Assembly: GCA_964558645.1 (NCBI GenBank)
Contig: CAZLEV010000001.1
Location: 317,568-381,567 of the forward strand
Direction: 5' to 3'
Length of the DNA: 64,000 nucleotides
Source of the DNA: an uncultured archaeon
Lineage (GTDB): Archaea; Asgardarchaeota; Thorarchaeia; Thorarchaeales; Thorarchaeaceae
The notes under the pieces are model-generated. The model was not told where the DNA came from, ran no database searches, and saw only the letters and a list, made by a program, of their open reading frames with translations. Below, one piece after another: positions 48,336 through 57,806 of the stretch; position 1 is the first letter of the stretch; each line of letters begins with the position of its first letter. Position numbers and translations under genes: made by a program.

Positions 48336-49925
48336 TCAATCAATGGCCTCTGAAAATTCGCTCTCGACACTTTCACGATGAACGTTGTTGTAGGTGCAGA
48401 ATGGAATGACTCGGCCATCCGGCGTTGCGTAGTTGATCGTACAGTGTCTGACCCTTTCAAGGTCAATATTGAAAGGATCTTGGAAGTGCATCATACCAAG
48501 CATGATGACACGATGCATGAAGGCTGCTAGGGAGTCGTAGCTACCTTTCTTCAAGAATGAGGTAATGATAGGTCGCATGAAGTTCTTCTTCTTGACATGG
48601 CGTAGGAATCCGAGCAGCTTGAGTTTGGCCCTTGCTCCAGAAAGCATGGCTCCATCCGCGTAAAGGTTACATACATCGCTTAAGGTGTCGATCAGCGCCT
48701 CAATGTCGATCACATCTGTTATTGGATAGACTGTACCATCGTCTTCAACAAACAGGAAGGTCGCCATTCCGCAGGCAAAATGAGAATGGAGTTCAACAGT
48801 GGGCACACCTTTCATGAGCCCGAGAGCACGCCCTACACCCAGCATAGAAGCAACAGGATACCAGTCATCCGTTTTGACCAGCGCGTCGGTCTGTTCCTCA
48901 ATGTACTTGATGGCGTCGGGCAATGTGATGCGCATCTTTTGTCTTTCTTCATAGTCTATCCTGCCGGTGATGCTCACAGGCTGGAAGTTGATGCAGCGCA
49001 CTATGTCGCGATTCTTAATCCCATATCTGACGATATCTCCCAATTCCTGGTCATTGAGACCTCTCACCACAGTTGGCACCAAGACAACTCCATCGAGTCC
49101 GATGGTCCGGCAATGCTCCAATACCTTGTCTTTGATAGGACGGAGATCTCGATTCCTGGCAGCCAGATATGGCTCCTCCGTGACGCCATCAAACTGGAGG
49201 TATATCGTATTGAGACCAGCGTCCTTCAGCTCTTGGAGATAATCAACAGTCTTCGCCATACGGATTCCATTCGTGGCAATCATGATATGATCGAAGCCCA
49301 GTTGCTTTGCCCATCCGACGTACTGGATCAGATGGTCGCTCATAGTAGGCTCCCCTCCTGCGAACTGCACGGCAGGACATGACACAGGCAGATTCCTTCG
49401 TAGATTCTTCATCATTTCAAGGATTTCTTCGGGTGATGGTTCGTAGACTCGCCCTGATGCCGCGGCGTTTGCGAAGCAGATTGGGCACTTGAGATTGCAT
49501 CGGTTGGTCACGTCGATCAGCCCGAGTGCAGTATGGGCCAAATGGTTCTCACACAGCCCGCAGTCCAATGGACACCCCTCCTTGCACTCAGTACGAGGAT
49601 TGTCAATACCGACCGACTTGAACCAGTAGTGCATCGAACGTCTGAACATCTCCGCATCAGACCAATAGAGCTCCTTGAACTCACCATGTTGGGGGCAGGT
49701 CTTCCTCATCATGACCTTTCCCTCTTCTTCATATACGGTCGCATCAATCACGTTCACCTCCTTGTCCTGAAGAAGACAATCAGGACACAGCGACTTAGTG
49801 TGATAGGGAAGGGTCTTTGGCTCGATGATCTCAATGCGATATCTATTCATCTCCTCGTCAAGATGGCGCAGGGGGCTTTCTGGTACTGCTTCGACCTCAA
49901 TACGATTCGTGGGCACCTGCAACAC
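48336..49925 (-). CDS. tes: Tetraether lipid synthase (Tes / GDGT-MAS, MJ0619 family radical SAM)
   Basis: TKSLCPDC...KTCPQHG, CPLDCGLC..H, DVTNRCNLKCPICFA, QFAGGEPT, YLQFDG, NFQPVS.TGR, H..CG, MHFQD, IPFC.YN. Confidence 0.88.
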   Translation of the reverse strand: MLQVPTNRIEVEAVPESPLRHLDEEMNRYRIEIIEPKTLPYHTKSLCPDCLLQDKEVNVIDATVYEEEGKVMMRKTCPQHGEFKELYWSDAEMFRRSMHYWFKSVGIDNPRTECKEGCPLDCGLCENHLAHTALGLIDVTNRCNLKCPICFANAAASGRVYEPSPEEILEMMKNLRRNLPVSCPAVQFAGGEPTMSDHLIQYVGWAKQLGFDHIMIATNGIRMAKTVDYLQELKDAGLNTIYLQFDGVTEEPYLAARNRDLRPIKDKVLEHCRTIGLDGVVLVPTVVRGLNDQELGDIVRYGIKNRDIVRCINFQPVSITGRIDYEERQKMRITLPDAIKYIEEQTDALVKTDDWYPVASMLGVGRALGLMKGVPTVELHSHFACGMATFLFVEDDGTVYPITDVIDIEALIDTLSDVCNLYADGAMLSGARAKLKLLGFLRHVKKKNFMRPIITSFLKKGSYDSLAAFMHRVIMLGMMHFQDPFNIDLERVRHCTINYATPDGRVIPFCTYNNVHRESVESEFSEAID

Positions 49926-50058
49926 TCCTCTCCACCTGATTATCAGGTGTTTTCTTGGTTCGTGTCATTTTCAGCATATTACTCTATCCCAATTCCTGCT
50001 GATGCGTGCATATCTCAATGCTTTTAGGATGGCTCGTTGTAAACTATAGTGAAGAATA

Positions 50059-50301
50059 ATGATAGTTTTGTCGAAAAACACAACTCGCAGTGAGAGCGAA
50101 GTGCTTGATTTGGCCCGCGACTTCTTTGATGGTCATTTTGGCCTGAAGAAGCGAGATGAGATTGAGGATTGCTGTGTCGTGTTTGTTTCGGAACTCGGCC
50201 ATGTGACGGTTCAGGCTATTCCGCGTGGGAAGAAGACCGAAGCAATTCTGAGGACTCGTGAGTTTGATCATCAGGTCAAAGAATTCGCGCAGAAACTCTA
50301 G
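50059..50301 (+). CDS. Small hypothetical protein
   Basis: 80-aa ORF filling the gap between tes and thrS; protein-like composition (FF..GL..CC, TREF..VKEF). Confidence 0.6.
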   Translation: MIVLSKNTTRSESEVLDLARDFFDGHFGLKKRDEIEDCCVVFVSELGHVTVQAIPRGKKTEAILRTREFDHQVKEFAQKL

Positions 50302-50388
50302 TCAACAATGCCACACTACAGACGTAACCCATTTCGCCAAGCTTAAGTGTCCTCCTTGACGGCATGTTATAACTGAGAGGACTAACCA

Positions 50389-52275
50389 ATGAGAATGCTC
50401 CAGATACACTCTGACGGATTCTCTTACGAGACCAAGAGAAAAGCGATCAAATCTGCAGAAGAGGTAGAATCTGACAAGTATGAGACTGATGAATCATGCC
50501 TTGTCAACTTCATAGCAGCAGAGACCTCAGACCAGAGCGACATCGCGACAGCGTCTCAGATGACTGCCGACATGATTGCGGCCGCAGCAGATGAAGTCAA
50601 GGAGAAGAACATCGTTGTCTACCCATGGGTGCATCTGAGTGAATCTCCCTCTCGGCCTGATGTGGCATTGAAGCTTCTTCGGAGTGTTTCTAAGATTCTC
50701 TCCGAGAAGGGATATAATGTGGTTAGGGTTCCTTTTGGCTGGTACAAGTCATTTGGGATACACTGCAAGGGCCATCCGCTGGCCGAACGGTCAAAGGTGC
50801 TAGACGTTACCACCATGTCTGTAGAGGATGCCGACCAGACCATGGGCGAGGACCTTACAGCCCTCAAAGCCGAAGAGAGTGCCGCCTCGAATTTCTACAT
50901 CATACAACCGGACGGAGAGCTGACTGAATATGATCGATTCGACTATAGCGGATACGAGGAACTGAGGCTCTATGTCAACTATGAGACCGCAAAGGATCGT
51001 ACTGCTCACGATCCTCCGCCCCATATTGACTTGATGAAGAGTCTCGAGCTTGTGGACTATGAACCGGGTTCAGATGCAGGGAACTTCAGGTGGCCACCAC
51101 GCGGCTTCACACTGAAGAAGGCAGTGGAGAAGAGAGTCGTCCAGGAAATGCTAGACTATGGTGCACACATTGTTCAGACCCCCTTGGTTTACGACTACGC
51201 ACACCCCTCGCTGAAGTCTTATCTGCAGCGATTTCCATCAAGACAGTATGTGGTCAGGTCTGGTACCAGTGACTACTTCATGCGGTTCTCTGCGTGCTTT
51301 GGCCAGTTTCTCATGTTATCTCAGGCGCAAGTGTCGTACAGGCAGCTTCCCCTCAAGATGTTTGAGATTGCTCCGTCGTATCGCCGCGAGCAGAGCGGTG
51401 AGCTTGCCGGGATGAGACGTCCTCGGGCCTTTACGATGCCGGACATCCATGAATTTGTTGCTGACGAGGAGATGGCGATGGCTTCCGTATTGAATCAGAT
51501 GGAGTTCGTTGGTAAGCTGATGGATGAGCTTGACGTTGACTATGAGGTCTCTTTCAGAATTTTGAAGTCCTTCTATGATGAGAATGAGGATTTTGTCAAG
51601 AAGGTTGTCAAGATGATTGGGAAGCCTGTGATGCTTGAGATATTCGAAGAGCGGTACGCCTACTTCGTATTCAAAGGCGAATGGAATGTGGTTGATGAGC
51701 AGGAGAAAGCAGCATGTCTGGCAACCGTACAGATAGATGTTGAGAATGCAGAACGATTTGATATCTCGTATGTTGATGAGAATGGTGAGCAGAGACGGCC
51801 TCTCATTCTTCACACATCTCCTTCAGGCTCGATTGAGCGTATTCTCTACGGCGTGTTGGAGCAAGCCCACAAAGACATGAAACGGGGCAAGAAGCCCATG
51901 TTGCCTCTTTGGATGTCCCCGGTACAGGTGAGGTTTGTTCCTGTGGATGACAGCAATCTGGAGCACTGTCTTGAACTTGGATCAGAGCTGGACAGCGCGA
52001 AGATACGGTACGAAATTGATGACCGGCAGCTCACGGTAGGGAAGAAGATACGCGCATCTGAGAAGCTATGGACCCCATATACAGTTGTCATCGGGGATAA
52101 GGAAGAAGAGAGCGGTAAGATTTCAGTACGCAGAAGGGCTGAGGGCGATCAGGTCAAGATGACGCTCGATGAACTCATAGCGGAGATTGATGGGAAGACC
52201 CAGTTTGCTCCGAAGCAGCGACTCTTGCTTCCTAGTCTAGTTTCCAAACAGGCCATATTCTCGCGAGAGGTCTGA
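50389..52275 (+). CDS. thrS: Threonyl-tRNA synthetase, archaeal type with N-terminal editing domain
   Basis: MRMLQIHSD, YPWVHLS, PFGWYKSF.I.CKGHPLAE, RFSACFGQF, YRREQSGE, FTMPDIH, HTSPSGSIER. Confidence 0.97.
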   Translation: MRMLQIHSDGFSYETKRKAIKSAEEVESDKYETDESCLVNFIAAETSDQSDIATASQMTADMIAAAADEVKEKNIVVYPWVHLSESPSRPDVALKLLRSVSKILSEKGYNVVRVPFGWYKSFGIHCKGHPLAERSKVLDVTTMSVEDADQTMGEDLTALKAEESAASNFYIIQPDGELTEYDRFDYSGYEELRLYVNYETAKDRTAHDPPPHIDLMKSLELVDYEPGSDAGNFRWPPRGFTLKKAVEKRVVQEMLDYGAHIVQTPLVYDYAHPSLKSYLQRFPSRQYVVRSGTSDYFMRFSACFGQFLMLSQAQVSYRQLPLKMFEIAPSYRREQSGELAGMRRPRAFTMPDIHEFVADEEMAMASVLNQMEFVGKLMDELDVDYEVSFRILKSFYDENEDFVKKVVKMIGKPVMLEIFEERYAYFVFKGEWNVVDEQEKAACLATVQIDVENAERFDISYVDENGEQRRPLILHTSPSGSIERILYGVLEQAHKDMKRGKKPMLPLWMSPVQVRFVPVDDSNLEHCLELGSELDSAKIRYEIDDRQLTVGKKIRASEKLWTPYTVVIGDKEEESGKISVRRRAEGDQVKMTLDELIAEIDGKTQFAPKQRLLLPSLVSKQAIFSREV

Positions 52276-52341
52276 AAACGGGACATCCCAGCACGCGACG
52301 ATACTGTTAATAGCTCGCTTGCCATTTGGTATTCTGCTGGG

Positions 52342-53493
52342 GTGTATCTGGTGAGAGTACTGGTTCTGGGTTCCGGCTTGATGGGCTCGGCAGCTGCTTT
52401 TGATCTTGCTCGTAACGATGATGTTGAAGGGGTTATTGTTGCTGATATTGACCTAGGTTCAGCAGAAGCAGTTGCAAAAAAACTCGGCTCAAAGGTTGAG
52501 GCTCGAAAGGTTGATGCAACCAAGAAAGCCGATCTGGTGGAGGTCTTCTCCGATGTTGATGCTGTTGTGAGTTGTGTCAGCTACAAAGTCAATCTGCTTC
52601 ACACAGAAGCAGCAATTGAGACCGCCACTCATCTCTGCGACCTTGGGGGCAATTTCAAGGTTGTCGAGAAACAATTGGAGCTAGACTCTCAAGCCAAAGA
52701 TGCAGGCATCACAGTTGTTCCCGATTGCGGTCTCGCACCTGGGATGGTGAATGTGCTCGTGGGGGACGGAATAAGTTATCTGGATAAGACGGATTGTGTC
52801 CGGATAAGAGTTGGAGGTCTTCCACAGAAACCTAGACCCCCCCTCAATTATGCAATGGTATTCTCAGTAGAGGGGCTCATCAATGAGTATGTCGAACCCT
52901 GCATGGTTCTGAGAGATGGCAAAATTACGTATGAAGACCCTCTCGTGGGCTTTGAACAGGTAGAGTTTCCTGACCCATTCGGCAGACTGGAAACCTTCAA
53001 CACAAGTGGTGGCACCTCAACCCTTCCTCTGACATACGAGGGTGTTGTGGACAATCTTGATTACAAAACGATTCGCTATCCCGGACACGGCCATACAATG
53101 TGGGTCCTCATGAAGCTTGGTCTGATGGACAGCAATCAGTATGACTTTGATGGCATCAAAATATCTCCCAGGGCCGTGCTTGAAGGCATCCTCGCCAAGA
53201 ACCTTCCAAAGGCCGAGAAGGATGTGACTCTTATGCGAATATCTATCGAGGGTTGGAAGGGAACAGAATCACGCAAGCTCGAGTACAACATGGTTGACTA
53301 CTATGACGATGAAACTGGTCTCACCTCGATGATGCGAACGACAGCCTTCCCTGCGACCACGACTGCTGTCATGCTCGCTGACGGCAGAGTGAAGGAGAGC
53401 GGTGTGCTTCCCCCAGAACGCGTGATTCCTCCGGAGCCGTTCATTGATGCTTTGAGAGCGAAGGGCATCGATATAGAGAAGCGTGTTGTCTAA
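52342..53493 (+). CDS. Saccharopine dehydrogenase / lysine 6-dehydrogenase family
   Basis: VLGSGLMG, DLGG, DCGLAPG, VGGLPQ.P..PLNY, YKTIRYPGH, MMRTT. Confidence 0.9.
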   Translation: MYLVRVLVLGSGLMGSAAAFDLARNDDVEGVIVADIDLGSAEAVAKKLGSKVEARKVDATKKADLVEVFSDVDAVVSCVSYKVNLLHTEAAIETATHLCDLGGNFKVVEKQLELDSQAKDAGITVVPDCGLAPGMVNVLVGDGISYLDKTDCVRIRVGGLPQKPRPPLNYAMVFSVEGLINEYVEPCMVLRDGKITYEDPLVGFEQVEFPDPFGRLETFNTSGGTSTLPLTYEGVVDNLDYKTIRYPGHGHTMWVLMKLGLMDSNQYDFDGIKISPRAVLEGILAKNLPKAEKDVTLMRISIEGWKGTESRKLEYNMVDYYDDETGLTSMMRTTAFPATTTAVMLADGRVKESGVLPPERVIPPEPFIDALRAKGIDIEKRVV

Positions 53494-53543
53494 CTGGGAG
53501 GATTAATCAGAGACCACGCCTCTGCAAAGTCTAGGCAATCACA

Positions 53544-54767
53544 ATGAGTGAATACTCCGACATATATGACAGGATTCGGAATGCTGTTGAAGTGATAGCT
53601 GACATCGCGCGAGTTACTCCTCTAGATCGTTCCTACACTTTCAGCAAGATGAGCGGGGGAGAGGTCTACCTGAAGCTTGAGAATCTTCAGAAGACAGGCT
53701 CGTTCAAGGTCCGAGGAGCATCTTATGCTATCTCGCAGCTGAGCGATTCGGAAAAGAAGGCAGGGGTTGTCGCTGCATCTGCTGGCAATCACGCCCAAGG
53801 TGTTGCCCATGCTGCGACCCGTCTGGGTATCAAATCTAAGATTGTGATGCCGGTGTTCTCTCCCGTGGCCAAGATTCAGGCAACAAAAGGTTACGGTGCC
53901 GAAGTTGTCCTTCACGGAACAACCTTTGATGAATCACTTGAACATGTCTATGAGATTGCTGAGACTACGAGCGCTACCTTTCTTCATCCGTTCAACGACA
54001 AGAACGTAATTGCTGGTCAGGGAACAATAGGGCTGGAGATAATCCAAGCACTGCCCGAAGTGGATGTGATAGCTGTACCAGTTGGCGGGGGTGGGCTTGT
54101 GAGCGGGATTGCGATAGCTGTCAAGACGCAGAAACCCGACGTAGAGATTTATGGAGTTGAAGCGTCTAATGCAGCCGCGATGAGGAGATCAATGCAGATC
54201 GGTGAACCTACATCTATTGAAGGATTGGATACCATAGCAGATGGCATTGCAGTTAAGAAACCGGGAAGGCTGACCTACGGCATTGCAAGAGATCTTCTCA
54301 CCGATGTGGTGACCGTCGAAGAGCTCGAGATTACTCGGACGTTGTTTCATCTACTAGAGCGTGCAAAGCTTGTTGTAGAACCCGCAGGTTGTGTGGGCCT
54401 TGCTGCTCTCCAACATCATAAGATAGACATTGAGGGAAAGAACGCCGTTGCAGTCTTGTCTGGAGGAAATGTTGACATGAGCTTTCTCTCCCGTGTTATT
54501 GACAAGGAACTCTTCAGATTAGGACGACGAGTCCGTGTGCGAGGCTGCATCTTGGATCGGATTGGAACCTTGAACAAAGTGCTGAGCGTTGTGGCTGAGT
54601 CTGGCGTGAGTCTAGTAGAGGTAACACACGACAGGGCGGATCCAGACATTGCACCGAATAAGGCTGAGCTAGAAATCACACTTGAGGTGGCTGACGAAGC
54701 CGCGTTGACAGGGATGCTCAAACTCTTGAAGAAACGCGGAATGGACTTTGAGGTCTTCGAGGACTGA
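53544..54767 (+). CDS. ilvA: Threonine ammonia-lyase with C-terminal ACT domain
   Basis: KLENLQKTGSFKVRGA, ASAGNHAQG, PVGGGGL, TIADGIAVK, VLSGGNVD. Confidence 0.93.
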   Translation: MSEYSDIYDRIRNAVEVIADIARVTPLDRSYTFSKMSGGEVYLKLENLQKTGSFKVRGASYAISQLSDSEKKAGVVAASAGNHAQGVAHAATRLGIKSKIVMPVFSPVAKIQATKGYGAEVVLHGTTFDESLEHVYEIAETTSATFLHPFNDKNVIAGQGTIGLEIIQALPEVDVIAVPVGGGGLVSGIAIAVKTQKPDVEIYGVEASNAAAMRRSMQIGEPTSIEGLDTIADGIAVKKPGRLTYGIARDLLTDVVTVEELEITRTLFHLLERAKLVVEPAGCVGLAALQHHKIDIEGKNAVAVLSGGNVDMSFLSRVIDKELFRLGRRVRVRGCILDRIGTLNKVLSVVAESGVSLVEVTHDRADPDIAPNKAELEITLEVADEAALTGMLKLLKKRGMDFEVFED

Positions 54768-54810
54768 TGTTGGAGCACTGTGAAAGGGACGGCCTGTCTG
54801 CTGTTGTGAC

Positions 54811-56550
54811 CTAGATTAGAGGAATAGCGGAAATCATAACCCAGGCTAGGATGAAGGCACTGGTGAATATGGCTGGCCAAGGATTGTCCATGCATTCTGC
54901 AGACCATGCAATCAGGACAGTAGTCAATGAAGACACGATGATGAAGAGCATTACCAGAAGCCCGAGCAATACCATGGGTCCAGCTATGTATCCAAGAGCA
55001 GTTGTTGCGGCAACCATGACCGCAGCGGCGAGAGCAGATGCCGCTAGTCTACCTATCAGAGAGAAGACCATCTTCTTTGAGAAACTCTTGCCATTCCAAT
55101 CTCTGTCCACAAAGAGCAGACCTTTGATCCAGACTGTGTCCGCGACGAAGAATGGAATTGCGATGAGTGACAGGATTACTACGTTAGTGAACCGCATTCC
55201 CACAGGATATCGAACCATTGAAAACACGGTCCAAGGTTCCATTTGGTCCGGCAGTCCACCAAGGGCCATCCATCCAATCAACCAGGCAATCGCGATGAGA
55301 GCCACTACAGCTCCTTTTCCGACGTCCTGAATCAGGTGTGAGGTCTTGCCGTGCACATTGGCTCTTCTTATCACTAATTCTAGACCATCTCTGCCAAGGC
55401 TGAGCCGTATCCCAAGAAATATGCTGATGGTTGCAAAGATGAAGAACAAAGCCATACCTGTGGCAAACATCGAGTTGGGCCAATAAAGTCCGGCACTCTC
55501 CAGTATGAAGGTGGCATAGGATGCGACCCCAAAGACAATGATTATTGCGGCTCCTATGATGGTGCTTATCATGACCGACTCGCGTGTAGTGGCCGGTACC
55601 TCTTCTGGCTGGTCGCTCTTCCGTCCTCCCACCAAGGTTGGACCAATCAACGCGAGTAATGGAATGGTTGACACTAGCAAGGCGAAAACGCCAGTCGCCG
55701 TCGCTAACACTTTGTAGGCGAAGATCTGATCTGTGGGGTCTCGTGTTCGACTGAGTTGCTGTTCACCCTGCACGCCTCTCACAAGCCACGTTGTGGACTC
55801 TCTGACAATCGTTGTGTCAATAGCCGCAAACACGTGATCTGTTGGTGCCAGAGCAAGCTTGTACGCTGTACCGTCACTGAAAGACCCATACATTACATCT
55901 TCGCGGGCGGATTCGTTCCCGGTTGCTGTTCTTATCGCCTCACGTGCCACATGGGGGGCTATCATCTCGTCGTATTGACCAAGTGCGATTAGCAGGTTCC
56001 CAGGGTACTCTATGTCATTCCCAAGACCCATATCTGCTACGGCTCCTACGGCAACGTGTACACTGGGCGCATTGTCAAAATGACTCAATGCCATTGATAC
56101 CTGGAATCCCATTGAATGGGTCAGTACTCCGTATACGGAGCTATTGACGCCCGGCCTCTGCTGAACGAACTCTACAGCTGCAAGGCAGTCCAATGCCATG
56201 TTATTGAAGTCACTCACCTCGAATGAGAGCAATGAATCGCCATGGCCGGGAAGGTCTACTGAAACGACTGTGAAATTCCTTCTGGCCAGTTCTATGTTGA
56301 AGGAGTACATCCCCTCTTTTGAACCAGCAATTCCGTGGGTTGTCAGGACCAAAGGAAGCGGTCCTTCGAAGGTTGGACGTTTCGGAGAGTAGATCATGAA
56401 GTCAACTGGTCTGCCTGGTTCCCTCTCTATGACATGACGTTCTATGGTCAGTTCCCCTAGTCCCCTATCTGTTGTCCACGAAAGATAGAGCGATGAGGCA
56501 ATGACGATTGATAGTATTAGTAGTGAGTATAGATGAACCTGCTTGTCCAA
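54811..56550 (-). CDS. Alpha/beta hydrolase domain fused to a multi-TM membrane domain
   Basis: N-terminal TM, HG, VDLPGHGDS, THSMG nucleophile elbow, D...H; about 8 C-terminal TM helices. Confidence 0.8.
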   Translation of the reverse strand: MDKQVHLYSLLILSIVIASSLYLSWTTDRGLGELTIERHVIEREPGRPVDFMIYSPKRPTFEGPLPLVLTTHGIAGSKEGMYSFNIELARRNFTVVSVDLPGHGDSLLSFEVSDFNNMALDCLAAVEFVQQRPGVNSSVYGVLTHSMGFQVSMALSHFDNAPSVHVAVGAVADMGLGNDIEYPGNLLIALGQYDEMIAPHVAREAIRTATGNESAREDVMYGSFSDGTAYKLALAPTDHVFAAIDTTIVRESTTWLVRGVQGEQQLSRTRDPTDQIFAYKVLATATGVFALLVSTIPLLALIGPTLVGGRKSDQPEEVPATTRESVMISTIIGAAIIIVFGVASYATFILESAGLYWPNSMFATGMALFFIFATISIFLGIRLSLGRDGLELVIRRANVHGKTSHLIQDVGKGAVVALIAIAWLIGWMALGGLPDQMEPWTVFSMVRYPVGMRFTNVVILSLIAIPFFVADTVWIKGLLFVDRDWNGKSFSKKMVFSLIGRLAASALAAAVMVAATTALGYIAGPMVLLGLLVMLFIIVSSLTTVLIAWSAECMDNPWPAIFTSAFILAWVMISAIPLI

Positions 56551-56662
56551 GAGTGGTCCCCCAGACTAACGGCACCCTCTTGGTGCTCTACATAAGCATA
56601 GCGGTAACGTACAAGTATCTGAATGAAACAGCGTTCATCTCAGGGAGTCGCAGACGGAGGAA

Positions 56663-56685
56663 AGGCGGGGCACGGTACCCCGCTT
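56663..56685 (-). terminator. GC-rich hairpin downstream of tdh
   Basis: Minus strand AAGCGGGGTA-CCG-TGCCCCGCCT followed by a pyrimidine run, just after the stop codon. Confidence 0.5.
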
Positions 56686-56702
56686 GTGTTGGCCTGGCTC
56701 AG

Positions 56703-57659
56703 TTAATAGTCGATTCCAAGTCGTTTGGAGAGGGTCTTCAGCATGTCCTCAGTCATAGCTGCGAGATCATATTCAGGTTCCCATCCCCATTCCTCTTGTG
56801 CTGCGCTGTCATCGATTGAACTTGGCCACGACTCTGCAATCTCTTGTCGATAGTCTGGCTCATAGTTCATTTCGAAGTCGGGGATGTGTTTCTTGATCTC
56901 ACTCGCGATATCCTCAGGCGTGAAGCTCATCGCTGTGATGTTAAAGCTTCGATGCTTCAGAGTTGACTCGTTTGCCTCCATGAGGTCGATTGTGCACTTC
57001 AGGCAATCAGGCATGTACATCATGGGCAGCATCGTGTCCTTCTTCAGGAAAGACGTGTATTTTTTGTTCTTCAGGGCCTCGTAGAATATCTCGACGGCGT
57101 AATCAGTAGTCCCTCCGCCAGGCAACGCCTCAGAGCTGATGATGCCAGGGTATCTCAGTGAACGGAAGTCAACGTTGAATCGTTTTGCATAGTATTCGCC
57201 GAGCAACTCGATGAAGACCTTGGTGACGCCGTACATGCTTGTTGGTCGCATGATAACGTCGTTTGGAGTGTTCTCCTTGGGTGTGCTGGGGCCGAAGGCG
57301 GCAATGGAACTTGGGATTTGCACTTGATCCAGCTTCAGAACTCGTGCCGCCTCCAGAACATTGTAGCCGCCCTCAACGTTTGTTCTGTAGGCAAGCTGGG
57401 GATTCTTCTCGCCCGTGGCTGAAAGGACTGAAGCGTTGTGGATGATAATGTCAATGTCCTCGTCCACAATCAGCGTATGTAGTTGAGTTGTATCCAGAAC
57501 GTCAAGTCTTCGATAGGGACCATTCCTTTCCAATACCTGTGGGGGCTTCTTTCTGCCTGTTGCCACCACATTTTCGCCTCCGTATCGCTCACGGAGTTCC
57601 ACAACCAGCTCGGTACCAATCTGGCCGTATGAACCTGTAACCAATATCCGCTTTGTCAT
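56703..57659 (-). CDS. tdh: L-threonine 3-dehydrogenase, SDR/epimerase type
   Basis: TGSYGQIG, LSATGEKNP, PSSIAAFG, YGVTK, PGGGTTDYAV, LPMMYMPD, IAESWP. Confidence 0.9.
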   Translation of the reverse strand: MTKRILVTGSYGQIGTELVVELRERYGGENVVATGRKKPPQVLERNGPYRRLDVLDTTQLHTLIVDEDIDIIIHNASVLSATGEKNPQLAYRTNVEGGYNVLEAARVLKLDQVQIPSSIAAFGPSTPKENTPNDVIMRPTSMYGVTKVFIELLGEYYAKRFNVDFRSLRYPGIISSEALPGGGTTDYAVEIFYEALKNKKYTSFLKKDTMLPMMYMPDCLKCTIDLMEANESTLKHRSFNITAMSFTPEDIASEIKKHIPDFEMNYEPDYRQEIAESWPSSIDDSAAQEEWGWEPEYDLAAMTEDMLKTLSKRLGIDY

Positions 57660-57806
57660 TGTCCAACACTGGGCTGAGGCCAGAAAGTCATACATTAAAG
57701 GGTTGTGCCTAAGATTATACCTGACTATTCGCCTTCCTCATTCTCGAATGCGTTCATCGATCTCTCCTGCCGATTCACCGCCTTTATGAGTGGCCTATCC
57801 TTCTAG

